DNA of 42,585 nucleotides from Candidatus Methylomirabilia bacterium (GTDB lineage: Bacteria > Methylomirabilota > Methylomirabilia > Rokubacteriales > CSP1-6). Where the stretch lies: assembly GCA_041492755.1 (NCBI GenBank), contig JBGPXN010000019.1:1-42585 (forward strand), in the 5' to 3' direction. Positions 1 to 10,496 of the stretch are shown here, piece after piece. Position 1 is the stretch's first letter. The number at the start of each line of letters is the position of its first letter. The position numbers and the translations under genes are program-made. The notes under the pieces are model-generated. The model did not search any database and was not told where the DNA came from. It saw only the letters and a program-made list of their open reading frames with translations.

Positions 1-157
1 CCCCCACGCTCGGAGCGCCCCGGGGAACCCGTGGCGCTCCTCGATACCCCCCACGCTCGGAGCGCCCCGGGGAACCCGTGGCGCTCCTCGATACCCCCCG
101 GCTCGGAGCGCCCCGGCGGAGCCGTGGCGCGCCTCGAATTCCCTCACACCCTCTGAG
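1..157. repeat. Palindromic repeat family copy A: 47-bp tandem units (2 near-identical plus 1 variant with tail), truncated by window edge
   Basis: Unit CCCCC(C)ACGCTCGGAGCGCCCCGGGGAACCCGTGGCGCTCCTCGATA recurs with period 47. The tail 122-157 is identical over 36 nt to 14280-14315. Confidence 0.9.
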
Positions 158-225
158 ACATGGCCTGCCCACGTCGCAGGGAGGAGCGACGAGTCAACGA
201 AGCAGATGGCCCTTTTTCAGCGGCC

Positions 226-1104
226 TCACCCGCGCGGTTCGGCAGGCCGAGTGCAGCGATAGATGGTGTTCCCCACCGGAACCAGCTCGAGTCCGAGGCC
301 ATGCACGGTCTCGGAATGTCCAAGCATCAGGAATCCGTCATCCTTCAGGAAGCCCACCAGGCGCTCGAGGATCCGGGCCTGGGTCGGCCGGTCGAAGTAG
401 ATGAGCGCGTTGCGGCAGAAGATGGCGTCGAAGCGGGTGCGGATCGGCCACGGCTCGTCGAGCAGGCTGATGCGCCGGAAGACGATGAGCCCGCGGAGAC
501 TCGGGCGGATCCGGACCAGCCCGGCCTTGGGTCCAGTGCCGCGCAGCAGGTAGCGGCTGCGCAGCGGCGGCGGGATCGGCCCGATCTGATCGACGCCATA
601 GGTGCCGTCGGCGCCGTGCGTGAGCACGTCGGTATCGATGTCCGAGGCCAGGATGCGGAGGTCCCAGTCCTCGCCCACCTCCGGCAACGCCTCCAGCAGG
701 GTCATGGCGATGCTGTAGGCTTCTTCCCCGGTGCTGCAGGCGGCGCTCCAGAAGCGGAGCACGCGGTCGCCGGCCCGGCGCGAGCGCAGGCGCTTGAGCG
801 GCGCCCATTCGTCCCGCAGATACGCGAAGTGGTGCGGCTCGCGGAAGAACTCCGTCTTGTGCGTCGTCACGCCGTTGATGAAGTGCACCATCTCTTCGCC
901 GCCCGGATCGCGGAGGGTCAAGTACTCGTGGTACTCGGTGAACGTGGCCAGGCCGAGGACGCGCAGCCGTTTGGCCAGTCGCGATTGCAGCAGCAGTCGC
1001 TTTTGCGGCGTGAGCGCGATGCCGGTCCGTGCGTGCACGAGCGCGCGGAAGATCTCGAACTCCCGATCCGTGATGCCGGCGGCAAAGCCCGCGGCCTCGG
1101 ACAC
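226..1104 (-). CDS. cheR: Chemotaxis protein-glutamate O-methyltransferase CheR
   Basis: Motifs TTHKTEFFREPHHF, RFWSAACSTGEEAYSIA, ILASDID, FDAIFCRNALIYFD and LGHSE. Start set at GTG 1104, just after the MCP stop. Confidence 0.95.
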   Translation of the reverse strand: MSEAAGFAAGITDREFEIFRALVHARTGIALTPQKRLLLQSRLAKRLRVLGLATFTEYHEYLTLRDPGGEEMVHFINGVTTHKTEFFREPHHFAYLRDEWAPLKRLRSRRAGDRVLRFWSAACSTGEEAYSIAMTLLEALPEVGEDWDLRILASDIDTDVLTHGADGTYGVDQIGPIPPPLRSRYLLRGTGPKAGLVRIRPSLRGLIVFRRISLLDEPWPIRTRFDAIFCRNALIYFDRPTQARILERLVGFLKDDGFLMLGHSETVHGLGLELVPVGNTIYRCTRPAEPRG

Positions 1105-1114
1105 GGCGGGCCGC

Positions 1115-2767
1115 TTACACCCCGACCAGGGTCGGGGCCGGCGGCGTGGCCAGCGGTGGCCGTCGCGGGGGCTCGTGAACGTCCGGCCGCGCGGCGGGGC
1201 CCGCATCCAGCTTGAAGCGGCCGACGAGCGTCTGCAGGTCGAGCGCGCGGGCGGCGAGGGAGTGCGCGGTCGACGCCAGTGTCTCCGTCTGGGCCACGTT
1301 CTCCTGCACGACCTGGTCCATCTGGATCACGGCGCGGTTGACCTGCTGAATGCCGAACGACTGCTCGGAGGACGCCGCCGCGATGTCGGAGATGAAGTCG
1401 GTCACGCGCCGCGCGCCGTCGACGATCTCCGCCAGCGTCGTGCCGGACTGGGTGACGAGCGCGGCCCCGGTGGCGACCTTGTCGAGCGAGTCGTGGATGA
1501 GCGTCTTGATCTCCCGCGCCGCCGCGGCGCTTCGCTGCGCGAGGCTCCGGACCTCGGCCGCCACCACCGCGAACCCGCGCCCCTGCTCGCCGGCGCGGGC
1601 GGCTTCCACGGCCGCGTTGAGGGCGAGCAGGTTGGTCTGGAACGCGATCTCGTCGATGACGCCGACGATGTCGGCGATCCGCCCCGACGACGCGGTCAGC
1701 GCCTGCATCGCGCCCACGGCATCGGCCACCACCTGCCCGCCGCGGGTCGCCGTGTCCCGGGATGAGACGGCGAGGCGGTCGGCCTCGCGCGCGTGATCGG
1801 CGTTGGCCTTGACCGTGGCCGTGATCTGCTCGAGCGACGCCGCCGTTTCCTCCAGGCTCGCCGCCTGCTGGCGCGCGCCGGAGGAGAGGAATTCCGTCGT
1901 GCCCGAGACCTGGCGGGCGGCCACCGCCACGTGGTCGGCGGCCTCGCGGACCTGGCGTACGATGTCCTGCAGCCGCTCCACGAACGCGTTGAACCACCGG
2001 GCGACGTCGCCCACCTCGTCCGCGCGATCGGTCGAAAGGCGCCGCGTGAGATCGCCTTCGCCGTTGGCGACGTCCTCGAGGAAGCTCGCGGTCTCCCGCA
2101 GCGGGCGAGCGATGGAGCGCGACAGCACGAGGCCGAATCCAATCGCCAGCGCGAAGGCGGCCAGGACCACGGCGAGCAGCCAGACCCGCGCGGCGGCGGC
2201 CCGTTGCTGCTCCGCCACTGCGTGCGCGCGCGCCTGCGCCTGGCGCAGCTCGCCGAGACGGGCCAGCACCGCGCGCGCGCGTTCGAACTTCACGGCCCCC
2301 TCGCCCATCGACAGGTCGATCGCATCCCGCCGCGCCGCGGGGGTGTCTTCCCGCAACGTCGCGACGACGTCGAGTGAGACGAGCTTCCACTCGGCCCACG
2401 CCTCCTGGAACTCGGTCCGGAGCGGGCGCTCCCCGTCGGCCGCGGGCAGGGCCGTGTACTGCCGCCAGTGCTCCGCCACTTCGCGAAGGTTGGTCGCGTG
2501 TCCCTCGGCCTGCCGCGCCCCTTCGGGGCTGCCGCCGCTCAGGAACATGAGGCTGCGCTCCGCCACCAGGGCCTGCTGCATGTCGCGATCGGCCTGTAGT
2601 AAGTCGTCCACCGCGGGCAGGCTCTGCGACGTCGCCACCTGGAAGGCCACGCTGGCGTGGTCGAGGGTCCAGACGAGCCACAGGCCGACGAGACCCGTGA
2701 TGGCGGCGAGGGTGCCGCACCCCGCGATCAGGGTGGCGCGGATGGAGAGCCGGCCGGAGAATCGCAT
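1115..2767 (-). CDS. Methyl-accepting chemotaxis protein (TM-periplasmic four-helix sensor-TM-HAMP-signalling domain), no C-terminal pentapeptide
   Basis: Two TM segments, HAMP (GEGDLTRRL...DEVGD) and hairpin [37 protein letters not shown]. Start at ATG 2767. Confidence 0.95.
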   Translation of the reverse strand: MRFSGRLSIRATLIAGCGTLAAITGLVGLWLVWTLDHASVAFQVATSQSLPAVDDLLQADRDMQQALVAERSLMFLSGGSPEGARQAEGHATNLREVAEHWRQYTALPAADGERPLRTEFQEAWAEWKLVSLDVVATLREDTPAARRDAIDLSMGEGAVKFERARAVLARLGELRQAQARAHAVAEQQRAAAARVWLLAVVLAAFALAIGFGLVLSRSIARPLRETASFLEDVANGEGDLTRRLSTDRADEVGDVARWFNAFVERLQDIVRQVREAADHVAVAARQVSGTTEFLSSGARQQAASLEETAASLEQITATVKANADHAREADRLAVSSRDTATRGGQVVADAVGAMQALTASSGRIADIVGVIDEIAFQTNLLALNAAVEAARAGEQGRGFAVVAAEVRSLAQRSAAAAREIKTLIHDSLDKVATGAALVTQSGTTLAEIVDGARRVTDFISDIAAASSEQSFGIQQVNRAVIQMDQVVQENVAQTETLASTAHSLAARALDLQTLVGRFKLDAGPAARPDVHEPPRRPPLATPPAPTLVGV

Positions 2768-2771
2768 GCCG

Positions 2772-3347
2772 CTACTTCCGGGCAACCTTCTCCAGATGCG
2801 AGAGGTTGATGCCGGCGACCAGCACGCCGATCGTCTTGCCGTCGGCCAGGATCGGCACCGCGACCTGCACCGCGTAGGTCTGGGACGATTCGTCGAACTC
2901 CGGCTTGCCTTGCCAGGACTTGCCGGTGCCGAACGGCACGTCGAACTTCGCCGAGCCCACGTGGATGTAGCTCGTGGTCTTCTCGACGAAAGCGACCTTT
3001 TCGCCGCGGCTCGCGCTCAGAAACGCCTCGCTGAACGTACCGCCCGCCGCCTCCAGTCGGCTGCGCAGGAAACGACCGGCGGCGTTGCCCTGGAAGCCCT
3101 TCACGAGCGGATCGCTCCGGCGCGTGACCTTCCAGCGCGGATTGTCCATCCCGGGGAGAGGTCCGCGGGCATTCTGCTCCCTCACCGCGGACACCACCGT
3201 CGGATCCGCCGCCCACCCCGCCACGACCGCCTTCTGGCGATCGATCTCCGCCTGCATGGCGGGCGTGATCTGGAACCCCTGTTGCGCGATGACGAACGCG
3301 GGAATCGAGAGCAGCGCGATCGGAACGATCAGTCGTAGGATCTTCAT
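2772..3347 (-). CDS. Secreted stand-alone PDC/Cache-like sensor-domain protein (191 aa)
   Basis: ATG 3347 overlaps the cheW stop (ATGA). Signal peptide [21 protein letters not shown]. The C-terminal [30 protein letters not shown] resembles Cache/PDC beta strands. No downstream TM or output domain. Confidence 0.75.
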   Translation of the reverse strand: MKILRLIVPIALLSIPAFVIAQQGFQITPAMQAEIDRQKAVVAGWAADPTVVSAVREQNARGPLPGMDNPRWKVTRRSDPLVKGFQGNAAGRFLRSRLEAAGGTFSEAFLSASRGEKVAFVEKTTSYIHVGSAKFDVPFGTGKSWQGKPEFDESSQTYAVQVAVPILADGKTIGVLVAGINLSHLEKVARK

Positions 3348-3826
3348 GCCGCCTCCTTGACGTCGCCGCCGAGGACCTCCTCGATGCCGAGCAGCACCAC
3401 GAGCCGGTCGCCGGCCTTGGCCATCCCCTCGATGAACTTCGCCTCCACTGGCTTCCCGAAGTCGGGCGGCGCCTGGATGTCCGATTCCGGGATGTTCAGC
3501 ACGTCGGACACCGTGTCCACGATCAGCCCGACGACCTTCACGCCCACCCGCACCACCACGATGACGGTGAACGAGCCGTATTCCGCCTCGCGCATCCCGA
3601 GCTTGGTCCGGAGGTCGATGACGGGAATGATCGTGCCGCGCAGGTTCATGACGCCCTTGACGTGCGACGGCGTGTTCGGGATGGGCGTGATCGGCGAATA
3701 GCCCTTGATCTCCTGCACGTTGAGGATGTCGATGCCGTACTCCTGGCCACCGAGCGCGAACGTCAGGTACTGGCGGCCGTCGGTCGCGAACCGGATCTGG
3801 GTGCCCAGCGCCTCCAGCGGTTGCAT
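3344..3826 (-). CDS. cheW: Chemotaxis coupling protein CheW
   Basis: QYLTFALGGQEYGIDILNVQEI, KGVMNLRGTIIPVIDLR and GLIVDTVSDV. Confidence 0.97.
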   Translation of the reverse strand: MQPLEALGTQIRFATDGRQYLTFALGGQEYGIDILNVQEIKGYSPITPIPNTPSHVKGVMNLRGTIIPVIDLRTKLGMREAEYGSFTVIVVVRVGVKVVGLIVDTVSDVLNIPESDIQAPPDFGKPVEAKFIEGMAKAGDRLVVLLGIEEVLGGDVKEAA

Positions 3827-3829
3827 CGC

Positions 3830-5545
3830 TCAAAACTCCTCGAAGCCGTCGTCGGCAAACGCGTTCGCGCGGCGCCCGTTCCCGTTGCTCCCGTGCGCGC
3901 CGGCGGCGGCGAGCGACGGCGACTTCGCCGGCCCCGCGGCCGGCGGCAGCGGGCCCGGGGCCGGCGGGGCGGGCGTCGCCGGGCGAAGGGCGTCCAGCTT
4001 GAACCGGCCGACCAGCGCCTGCAGCTGCGCCGCCTGGGTCGCGAGCGTCTGGGCCGTGGAGGCCAGTCCGTCGGTCTGGGCCGCGTTGGTCTGGACGACG
4101 AGGTCCATCTGCGCCACCGCGCGGTTCACCTGATCGATCCCGGAGGACTGCTCCTGCGAGGCGGCGGCGATCTCGCCGATGATGTCGGTCACCCGCTTCA
4201 CCGAGGTGACGATCTCCTCCAGCGTCTGCCCCGACTTGTGGACGAGCGACGAGCCCGCATCGACCTTCGTCACCGAATCCTGGATCAGCGCCTTGATCTC
4301 CTTGGCCGCCGTCGCGCTGCGCTGCGCGAGGTTGCGCACCTCCGCCGCCACCACCGCGAATCCGCGGCCCTGCTCGCCCGCGCGCGCCGCTTCCACCGCC
4401 GCGTTGAGCGCGAGAAGATTGGTCTGGAACGCGATCTCGTCGATCGTCGTGATGATGTCGGCGATGCGCTTGGAGGCGCGGTTGATCTCGTCCATGGCGG
4501 CCACCGCGGTGGTCACGACCTGGCCGCCTTTCTCGGCGGTCTCGCGTGACCCGGCGGCGAGCCGGTCGGCCTGGCGCGCGTTCTCGGCCGTCTGCTTCAC
4601 GGTGCCCGTGATCTGTTCCAGCGACGATGCGGTCTCCTCCAGCGACGACGCCTGGGCCTGGGCGCCTCCGGCAAGCTGGCCGGCCACTCCGGACACCTGC
4701 CGCGAGGCGGTGGCGGCGTGCGCGGCGGCGTCGCGAACCTGCGCCATGATGTCGTGCACCCGGGCGATGAACGTGTTGAACCAGTACGCGGTGTCACCGA
4801 CCTCGTCGCGGCTCGTGATGTCCAGGCGCCGGGTGAGATCGCCCGCGCCTTCGGCGATGTCCTTGAGCATGCCGACCAGCCGGGTCAGCGGTCCGGTCAC
4901 GCTGCGCGCGACGGCCACGCTGAGGCCCACGCCGCCGAGCACGGCGACCATCACGAACACCGACATCAGCCAGAGCGCGTTGCTGGCGGTGGCGGCGACC
5001 TCGCGCTTGGCTTCCTCCATCCGCCCGCTCCCGGCCGTGGCCCACTCCTCGGCGATCTGCTCGACCCGCTGGGCGACGTCCCGATGCTGGGCCATCGCCT
5101 CGATCGCATCCGCCGGGCGCTTGAGATCGCCGGTCCGGACGCGGGCGACGACGGCCTTGAGACCTCCGGCGTAGGCGGCGACCGACCGGGTGAGCTCGGC
5201 GAGGCGCTCGCCATCACGGGGCGACGTCGCCACGCGGGCCAATGCCTCCAACCGCCCGTTCATCAGCTGGCGCTGCTCGTCGAAGCGGTGGGCGGCGTCG
5301 TCGACCTGGCGGGCGTCGGGAACGGCCAGACATGCTTCTTTCTCCCACCGGCGCAAGCCGAGGGCATCGGCGCGCAGGCGAGAGACGTGGAGCGCGATGG
5401 CGACGTCGTCGTGCAGCGCGCGGGCCGCGGTGGCGGCCACACCGCTGATGCCCCAGTAGCCCGACACCCCCACCGCGACGGTGAGGACCGCGATGAGGAC
5501 GCTCAGGGCCAGGAGCTTCTTGCCGATGGTGATGCGCCTGGTCAT
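3830..5545 (-). CDS. Methyl-accepting chemotaxis protein with C-terminal CheR/CheB-tethering pentapeptide
   Basis: RBS AAGGAG before ATG 5545. Two TMs, HAMP, conserved signalling hairpin, Pro/Ala linker and C-terminus DGFEEF (NWETF-type). Confidence 0.95.
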   Translation of the reverse strand: MTRRITIGKKLLALSVLIAVLTVAVGVSGYWGISGVAATAARALHDDVAIALHVSRLRADALGLRRWEKEACLAVPDARQVDDAAHRFDEQRQLMNGRLEALARVATSPRDGERLAELTRSVAAYAGGLKAVVARVRTGDLKRPADAIEAMAQHRDVAQRVEQIAEEWATAGSGRMEEAKREVAATASNALWLMSVFVMVAVLGGVGLSVAVARSVTGPLTRLVGMLKDIAEGAGDLTRRLDITSRDEVGDTAYWFNTFIARVHDIMAQVRDAAAHAATASRQVSGVAGQLAGGAQAQASSLEETASSLEQITGTVKQTAENARQADRLAAGSRETAEKGGQVVTTAVAAMDEINRASKRIADIITTIDEIAFQTNLLALNAAVEAARAGEQGRGFAVVAAEVRNLAQRSATAAKEIKALIQDSVTKVDAGSSLVHKSGQTLEEIVTSVKRVTDIIGEIAAASQEQSSGIDQVNRAVAQMDLVVQTNAAQTDGLASTAQTLATQAAQLQALVGRFKLDALRPATPAPPAPGPLPPAAGPAKSPSLAAAGAHGSNGNGRRANAFADDGFEEF

Positions 5546-5566
5546 GCGGAAAGTCTCCTTGTTGTC

Positions 5567-5594
5567 CAATCGGTCCGCGGCTGGCCTTGCTTGA
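5567..5594 (-). promoter_or_regulatory. Putative sigma-28 (FliA) promoter internal to the che operon
   Basis: Minus strand TCAAG-N15-ACCGATTG, 21 nt before the MCP start. Confidence 0.6.
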
Positions 5595-5606
5595 GCCACC
5601 GTCGTC

Positions 5607-7595
5607 TCAGCCCGCCATCACCGGTTCGGCCGCCTGCGCGTCGCGCAGGGCCAGGAGCCCCGGCACGTCCAGGATGAGGGTGACGCGTCCGTCGCCGAGG
5701 ATGGTCGCGCCCGCGATGCCGTCCAGCCGTCGGAAGTTCGCTTCGAGGCTCTTGATCACGACCTGCTGCTGCCCGAGCAATTCCTCCACGAGCAGGGCCG
5801 CCTTGCGCCCCTCGTGCTCCACGATCACGGCGAGCCCCTCGGTCGGATGAAGGGCCGTGTCGCTCCGGCCGAGCAGCCGCTCGACCCTGACGATCGGCAG
5901 CACCTCACCCCGGATGACGAGCATGTCCTCGCGATCGAACACGCGGGTGATCTGCCCGCTCCGGGGCCGGACCGACTCGACGATGGAGGCCAGCGGCACG
6001 ACGTACCGCTCGCCGCCGACGCGGAGAAGCTGGCCGTCGAGGATGGCGAGAGTCAGGGGCAGCTTCAGGCGAAACGTCGTCCCGAGGCCAAGGACGCTCT
6101 GGATGGCGATACTGCCGCCGAGCGACTCGACGTTGCGCCGGACCACGTCCATGCCGACGCCGCGGCCCGACAGCTCGGTGACGGTCTCCGCCGTGGAGAA
6201 GCCCGGACGGAACACCAGCGCGAAGGCGTCTTCGTCGCTCAGCGGCTGATCGGCCGTGACGAGCCCTTGCTGGACGGCGCGGGCCACGATGCGGTCACGG
6301 TCGAGCCCGCGGCCGTCGTCTCGCACCTCCACGAAGATGCTGCCGCCCTGGGCGTGGGCGTGGAGGGCGATGCGGCCGGCGGCCACCTTGCCGGCGGCGA
6401 TACGATCCTCCGGCGACTCCAGCCCGTGATCGACGGCGTTGCGCACGAGGTGGGTGAGCGGATCGCTGATCGCTTCGATGACGGTCTTGTCGAGCTCGGT
6501 GTCTTCCCCGCTCATCTCGAGCACCGCCTGCTTGCCGACGGCGGCGCCCACGTCGCGCACCACCCGCGGGAACCGCGCGAACAGCATGCGGATGGGAACC
6601 ATGCGAACGGTCATGATGCGCTCGTGCAGCTCGCGCGCGTGGCGGTCCATGAGCGCGACCGCCTCGACCAGCTGCGGCAGCGCCTCCTTCGGCACGGCCG
6701 ACACGAGCTGCGCGACCATCGACTGCGTGATGACGAGCTCACCCACCAGGTTGATCAGGCGATCGACCTTGTCGATCGGCACGCGGATGCTGGCCGCTTC
6801 GTGCACCGTGACCGTCCGGAGGGCGCCGGCGGCGTCGCCGGCCGCGGCCGGCTCGGACCCGACCGGCGCGACAGGCGGCTCATCGAGCGGCAGCTCGGTG
6901 ATCTGCAGCGCGGCCCGGTCGGAGACTTCGGCGAAGCACCGTACGATCTCGGCGCGGGGCTGCGGGCTCACCAGCGCGACGTCCCAGGCCAGATAGCTGC
7001 GTTCGGGATCGAGGTCGGCGAGCGGCGGCAGCGCGCGCAGGTCCGGCGTCATGCGAAGCACTTCACCGCACGCGGTGAGCTTGCGCAGCAGCGTGAGCGG
7101 GTCGATGCCGCGGCGAAGGACATCGGCCGGCGGCGTGAACCGGACCTCGTAGAGGCGCCGCTGAGCGGCGACGACGGTGTCCGTGGCCGGCGCCGGCGTG
7201 CCCGCGCCATGCAGGTGCTCGCGGAGCTCGGCGAGCACGCGCTCGACGTCCGCGGCGTCGGCCGCCGACGCGGGGGCGCCGCGATGCGCGCGATCGACGA
7301 GACTTCGGACGATGTCTTCGGAGGCGAGGAGCGTGTCCACGACGGCCGGGCTCAGCCGGCGCTGGCCCTTGCGCACGTGGTCGAGCAGGTCCTCGAGCGC
7401 GTGGGTGAACCGCGCGATCTCGCCGAAGCCGAGCATCGCGCTGTTGCCCTTGAGGGTGTGCGCGCTGCGGAAGATGCGGTTGAGGAGCTCGACGTCGCCC
7501 GGAGCCTCCTCCAGCCCCAGCAGGGCGGCCTCGAAGTCGGCCAGCAGCTCGTTGGCCTCCTCGAAGAAGGCCTCCAGCAGCGGGTCAGCCGTCAT
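5607..7595 (-). CDS. cheA: Chemotaxis histidine kinase CheA
   Basis: P1 [11 protein letters not shown]3 [21 protein letters not shown]4 [27 protein letters not shown] and P5 CheW-like C-terminus. Confidence 0.97.
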   Translation of the reverse strand: MTADPLLEAFFEEANELLADFEAALLGLEEAPGDVELLNRIFRSAHTLKGNSAMLGFGEIARFTHALEDLLDHVRKGQRRLSPAVVDTLLASEDIVRSLVDRAHRGAPASAADAADVERVLAELREHLHGAGTPAPATDTVVAAQRRLYEVRFTPPADVLRRGIDPLTLLRKLTACGEVLRMTPDLRALPPLADLDPERSYLAWDVALVSPQPRAEIVRCFAEVSDRAALQITELPLDEPPVAPVGSEPAAAGDAAGALRTVTVHEAASIRVPIDKVDRLINLVGELVITQSMVAQLVSAVPKEALPQLVEAVALMDRHARELHERIMTVRMVPIRMLFARFPRVVRDVGAAVGKQAVLEMSGEDTELDKTVIEAISDPLTHLVRNAVDHGLESPEDRIAAGKVAAGRIALHAHAQGGSIFVEVRDDGRGLDRDRIVARAVQQGLVTADQPLSDEDAFALVFRPGFSTAETVTELSGRGVGMDVVRRNVESLGGSIAIQSVLGLGTTFRLKLPLTLAILDGQLLRVGGERYVVPLASIVESVRPRSGQITRVFDREDMLVIRGEVLPIVRVERLLGRSDTALHPTEGLAVIVEHEGRKAALLVEELLGQQQVVIKSLEANFRRLDGIAGATILGDGRVTLILDVPGLLALRDAQAAEPVMAG

Positions 7596-7635
7596 GACGC
7601 CTCCGAGCAGACATGGTGATCACGCCCAGGCCGGG

Positions 7636-7652
7636 AGCAAGACCAGGGCCAG
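7636..7652 (-). promoter_or_regulatory. Putative sigma-54 promoter for cheA
   Basis: Minus strand CTGGCCCTGGTCTTGCT = GG-N10-GC with TTGC at -12, about 40 nt before the cheA ATG. Confidence 0.65.
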
Positions 7653-7796
7653 ACCCGGGGCGCGTCCAACCCCGCGCCGCTGCGATCGGTGCGTAGCGCG
7701 ACGGGGGGCGGCCGGGCAAAGTTTGCCGGCCACGCGGGCCGGCGCGCGCTCCAGAACGCCGATCCCGGCATGGCCTCGTGCTATCGTCAGCTCACG

Positions 7797-9398
7797 ATGT
7801 CGGCTCCGGGTGCTTCCCAGGCGATGGCGATCCTCGACGCGCTCGCCCAGGGCCTCGCCGAGAGCTCCGACGCCAATGGGCTGCTCGCCCCGGTCCACAC
7901 CGCGCTCGAGCGCGGGTTCGACGCCACCGAGATCCTGCTCGCCACCCACGGCGCCGGCGCGGACGCCGCCGACGTGCTCCTCCCGGTGCGCGACGGCAAG
8001 GCCGCGCCGGGACGGCCACGCCGGCTGCCCCGCGAGACACTCGGTCCGGCCGGTTCCGTGCTCGCGACCGGCCACCCGCTGCTCGCCGCTCACCAGACGC
8101 GCCACGGCGACATGCATTGGCTGGCCGTCCCGCTCGCCGCGAGCGGTACCACGTTCGGCATGCTCGCCGTCGCGCGCGGGACGGTGCCGTTCGCGGCCAG
8201 CGACGACACCCTGCTCGCCGTCGCCGGCCGGCTCGTCGCCCTCGCCGTCTACACCGCGCGCCTGCACACGCTGCTCACCCGCGACCGCGGCAACCTCGAC
8301 GCCGCGCTCGAGCAGCTCGTGGTCGGCGACCCGCTGCGCGCGCTCGGCCGCATGGCCGCCGTCGTCGCCCACGACCTCAACAACACGCTCGCCGCCATCC
8401 TGCTCCGCACGGAGATCCTCACCGCCGATCTCGTCGACCCGCAGCTCGCGCGCCACGTCACCACGATCCAGGCGCTCGCCAAGGAAGGCGGCAACTCCGT
8501 CCGCCGGCTGCACGAGTTCGCCCGGGCGCGAACGACGCGCGCGTTCCAGACCGTCGACCTCAATCAGCTGCTCGACGAAGTCCTCGAGCTCACGCGCAAC
8601 CGCTGGAAGGACGACGGACACGGCAGCGCGTGGGACGTTCGGACCGAGAAGGGCACGCTGCCGCCCATCGCCGGTGAGCCGCCCGCGCTGCGCGAGGCGC
8701 TCATGCACGTGATCGTCAACGCGCTGGAAGCGATGCCGGACGGCGGCCGCCTGACGTTGAGAACGGCGCACGCCGACGAGCGCGTGGTGTGCGAGATCGA
8801 GGACACCGGCCGCGGCATGTCGCCGGACGTGCAGCGACGCGCCACCGAGCCGTTCTTCACCACCACCGGCGACCCCGGACGCGGCGTGGGACTCGCCATC
8901 GTGCACGGCGTGATGACCCGGCACGGCGGACAGGTCGAGCTGCAGAGCGCGCCCGGCCGCGGGGCCATCGTCACCCTGCGCTTCCCCGCCGCCGACCCCG
9001 CCGCGGCCGGCACACCGACGCGCCCGCCCGGCCGTCGCGCCAAGGTGCTCGTGATCGACGACGACCCCTTCGTGCGCCAGGTCGTCGTCGACATCCTCGA
9101 GCAGCACGGGCACGAGGTCGTCGCGTGCCCGGACGGGCCGAGTGGGGTCGAGTGCGCGCGCGCCGAGGCCTTCGATCTCGTGCTGAGCGATCTCGGGCTG
9201 CCCGGCATGAGCGGCTGGGACGTCGCGCGGGCGGTGAAGGCGGCCGGGGGCCCGCCCGTCGTCCTCATGACGGGCTGGAGCGGTCAGGTCGACGAGGGTC
9301 GGGCCCGCGCCCACGGCGTCGATCGCGTGCTCTCGAAGCCGCTCTCCACGACGACGCTGCAGTCCCTGCTCACGACGATACTGACGCCGGCACGCTGA
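7797..9398 (+). CDS. Cytoplasmic hybrid sensor histidine kinase/response regulator (GAF-like, HisKA, HATPase, REC)
   Basis: H-box VAHDLNN, N-box NALEAM, G1 DTGRGM, F PFFTT, G2 GRGVGL. REC KVLVIDDD...DLVLSDLGLPGMSG...LSKP. Start uncertain (7770/7797/7824). Confidence 0.9.
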   Translation: MSAPGASQAMAILDALAQGLAESSDANGLLAPVHTALERGFDATEILLATHGAGADAADVLLPVRDGKAAPGRPRRLPRETLGPAGSVLATGHPLLAAHQTRHGDMHWLAVPLAASGTTFGMLAVARGTVPFAASDDTLLAVAGRLVALAVYTARLHTLLTRDRGNLDAALEQLVVGDPLRALGRMAAVVAHDLNNTLAAILLRTEILTADLVDPQLARHVTTIQALAKEGGNSVRRLHEFARARTTRAFQTVDLNQLLDEVLELTRNRWKDDGHGSAWDVRTEKGTLPPIAGEPPALREALMHVIVNALEAMPDGGRLTLRTAHADERVVCEIEDTGRGMSPDVQRRATEPFFTTTGDPGRGVGLAIVHGVMTRHGGQVELQSAPGRGAIVTLRFPAADPAAAGTPTRPPGRRAKVLVIDDDPFVRQVVVDILEQHGHEVVACPDGPSGVECARAEAFDLVLSDLGLPGMSGWDVARAVKAAGGPPVVLMTGWSGQVDEGRARAHGVDRVLSKPLSTTTLQSLLTTILTPAR

Positions 9399-9636
9399 CG
9401 CCCGCATAGGCGTCGCGGAGCGCGGTCAGGATCAGCAGGGCCCGGCCGAAGCGGGCGTTTCGTGCGTGGCGGAATGCCGCGTCGTAGAGACGGAACAGGC
9501 CGCTCGCCGCGTCACCGAAGTCCAGATCGAGGTTGTCCATCAACTCCTTGACGACGCCCATGGCCTCGCGCTGGTCCTGGCGGCGGCAGGCGTCGACGCC
9601 GCGGATATAGAGGTCGAGCACCCGGTCGCTGGCCAC
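9370..9636 (-). CDS. Short FliS-like protein (paralog 1)
   Basis: VLDLY..GVDAC, ELMDNLDLDFG, LFRLYD and LTALRDAY match FliS helices. GTG 9636 lies just after the upstream stop. Confidence 0.7.
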   Translation of the reverse strand: MASDRVLDLYIRGVDACRRQDQREAMGVVKELMDNLDLDFGDAASGLFRLYDAAFRHARNARFGRALLILTALRDAYAGVSVPASVSS

Positions 9637-9638
9637 GA

Positions 9639-10166
9639 TCAGATCCGAACGCCGAGGAAGAGCCGCGTGAGGAGCGACCACACCGCGTCGCGGGCCTCGG
9701 GGTCCCGCGGCAGCGCGTCGGTCCCGATCAGCGCCTGATCGGCATCCAGGTGAAACCGCCGCCCGGCCACTTCGTCGCGGTGCGGGCCCCAGTAGGACAC
9801 GAGGACCTGATCGATCACGGTCACGTCGCCGTCGCGGCGCCAGTGCTGGCGGCGCCCGAACACCTCGGTCACCACCGCGGCGCCGCCGCTTTGCACCACG
9901 ACCACGCTCAACCGCACCGCTTCGAACGGCGGCGCGGGGGGGCCGTCCGCGACGCGGCGCACCTGGCCGTCGTGCAGGAACGCGTCAATCGAGCAGACGG
10001 CCCACTCACCCTGATCCGCGCAGCGTCCGGCCTCCAGCACGCGCTCCACGAGCGCCTGCAAGGTCGGCGAGGGATCGTCGGCGATCGGCGTCGCCGCCAG
10101 CGCGGTGGCGAACAGGAGCGGCACGGCGAGTGGCGCGAGAGCGAGTCGGGCACGAGCGAACCGCAT
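9639..10166 (-). CDS. Hypothetical secreted protein (175 aa)
   Basis: RBS GGGAGG, signal-peptide-like N-terminus (..LLFATALA|ATP) and an upstream sigma-28 promoter. No family recognised. Confidence 0.7.
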   Translation of the reverse strand: MRFARARLALAPLAVPLLFATALAATPIADDPSPTLQALVERVLEAGRCADQGEWAVCSIDAFLHDGQVRRVADGPPAPPFEAVRLSVVVVQSGGAAVVTEVFGRRQHWRRDGDVTVIDQVLVSYWGPHRDEVAGRRFHLDADQALIGTDALPRDPEARDAVWSLLTRLFLGVRI

Positions 10167-10196
10167 GGCTAACCTCCCGTTGGAGCGTCCCTCCTC

Positions 10197-10224
10197 TTAT
10201 CGGCGCTGTCCTCCCTCCTCTTGA
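10197..10224 (-). promoter_or_regulatory. Sigma-28 promoter, divergent from fliC
   Basis: Minus strand TCAAG-N15-GCCGATAA (perfect -10). Confidence 0.75.
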
Positions 10225-10269
10225 GGCACGGTCCCGCCCGTCGCGCCCCGGGCGCGCGCCGACGCCCCC

Positions 10270-10297
10270 TCAAGCTCGCCACCGGCCCGGCCGATAG
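10270..10297 (+). promoter_or_regulatory. Sigma-28 promoter, distal, for fliC
   Basis: TCAAG-N15-GCCGATAG. Confidence 0.7.
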
Positions 10298-10433
10298 GAG
10301 GGCCAAGAACGCCATCAGGCCTGCGGAACCGGCTTCCGCGCGCCGGCAAGGAAAGGGGGGGGAATGACTCGAGGAGCAGGACCGGCAGCAGGATGCAGCC
10401 GGGCGCGGCGCCGGTAGGTTGGCGCCAAAGGAT

Positions 10434-10461
10434 TTCAGCCGGAAGCGGATACGACCGATAA
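10434..10461 (+). promoter_or_regulatory. Possible second (proximal) sigma-28 promoter for fliC
   Basis: TTCAG-N15-ACCGATAA, 35 nt before the ATG. Confidence 0.55.
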
Positions 10462-10496
10462 CGAAATCAAGAACGATCTCCAAGGAGGAAACGAAC

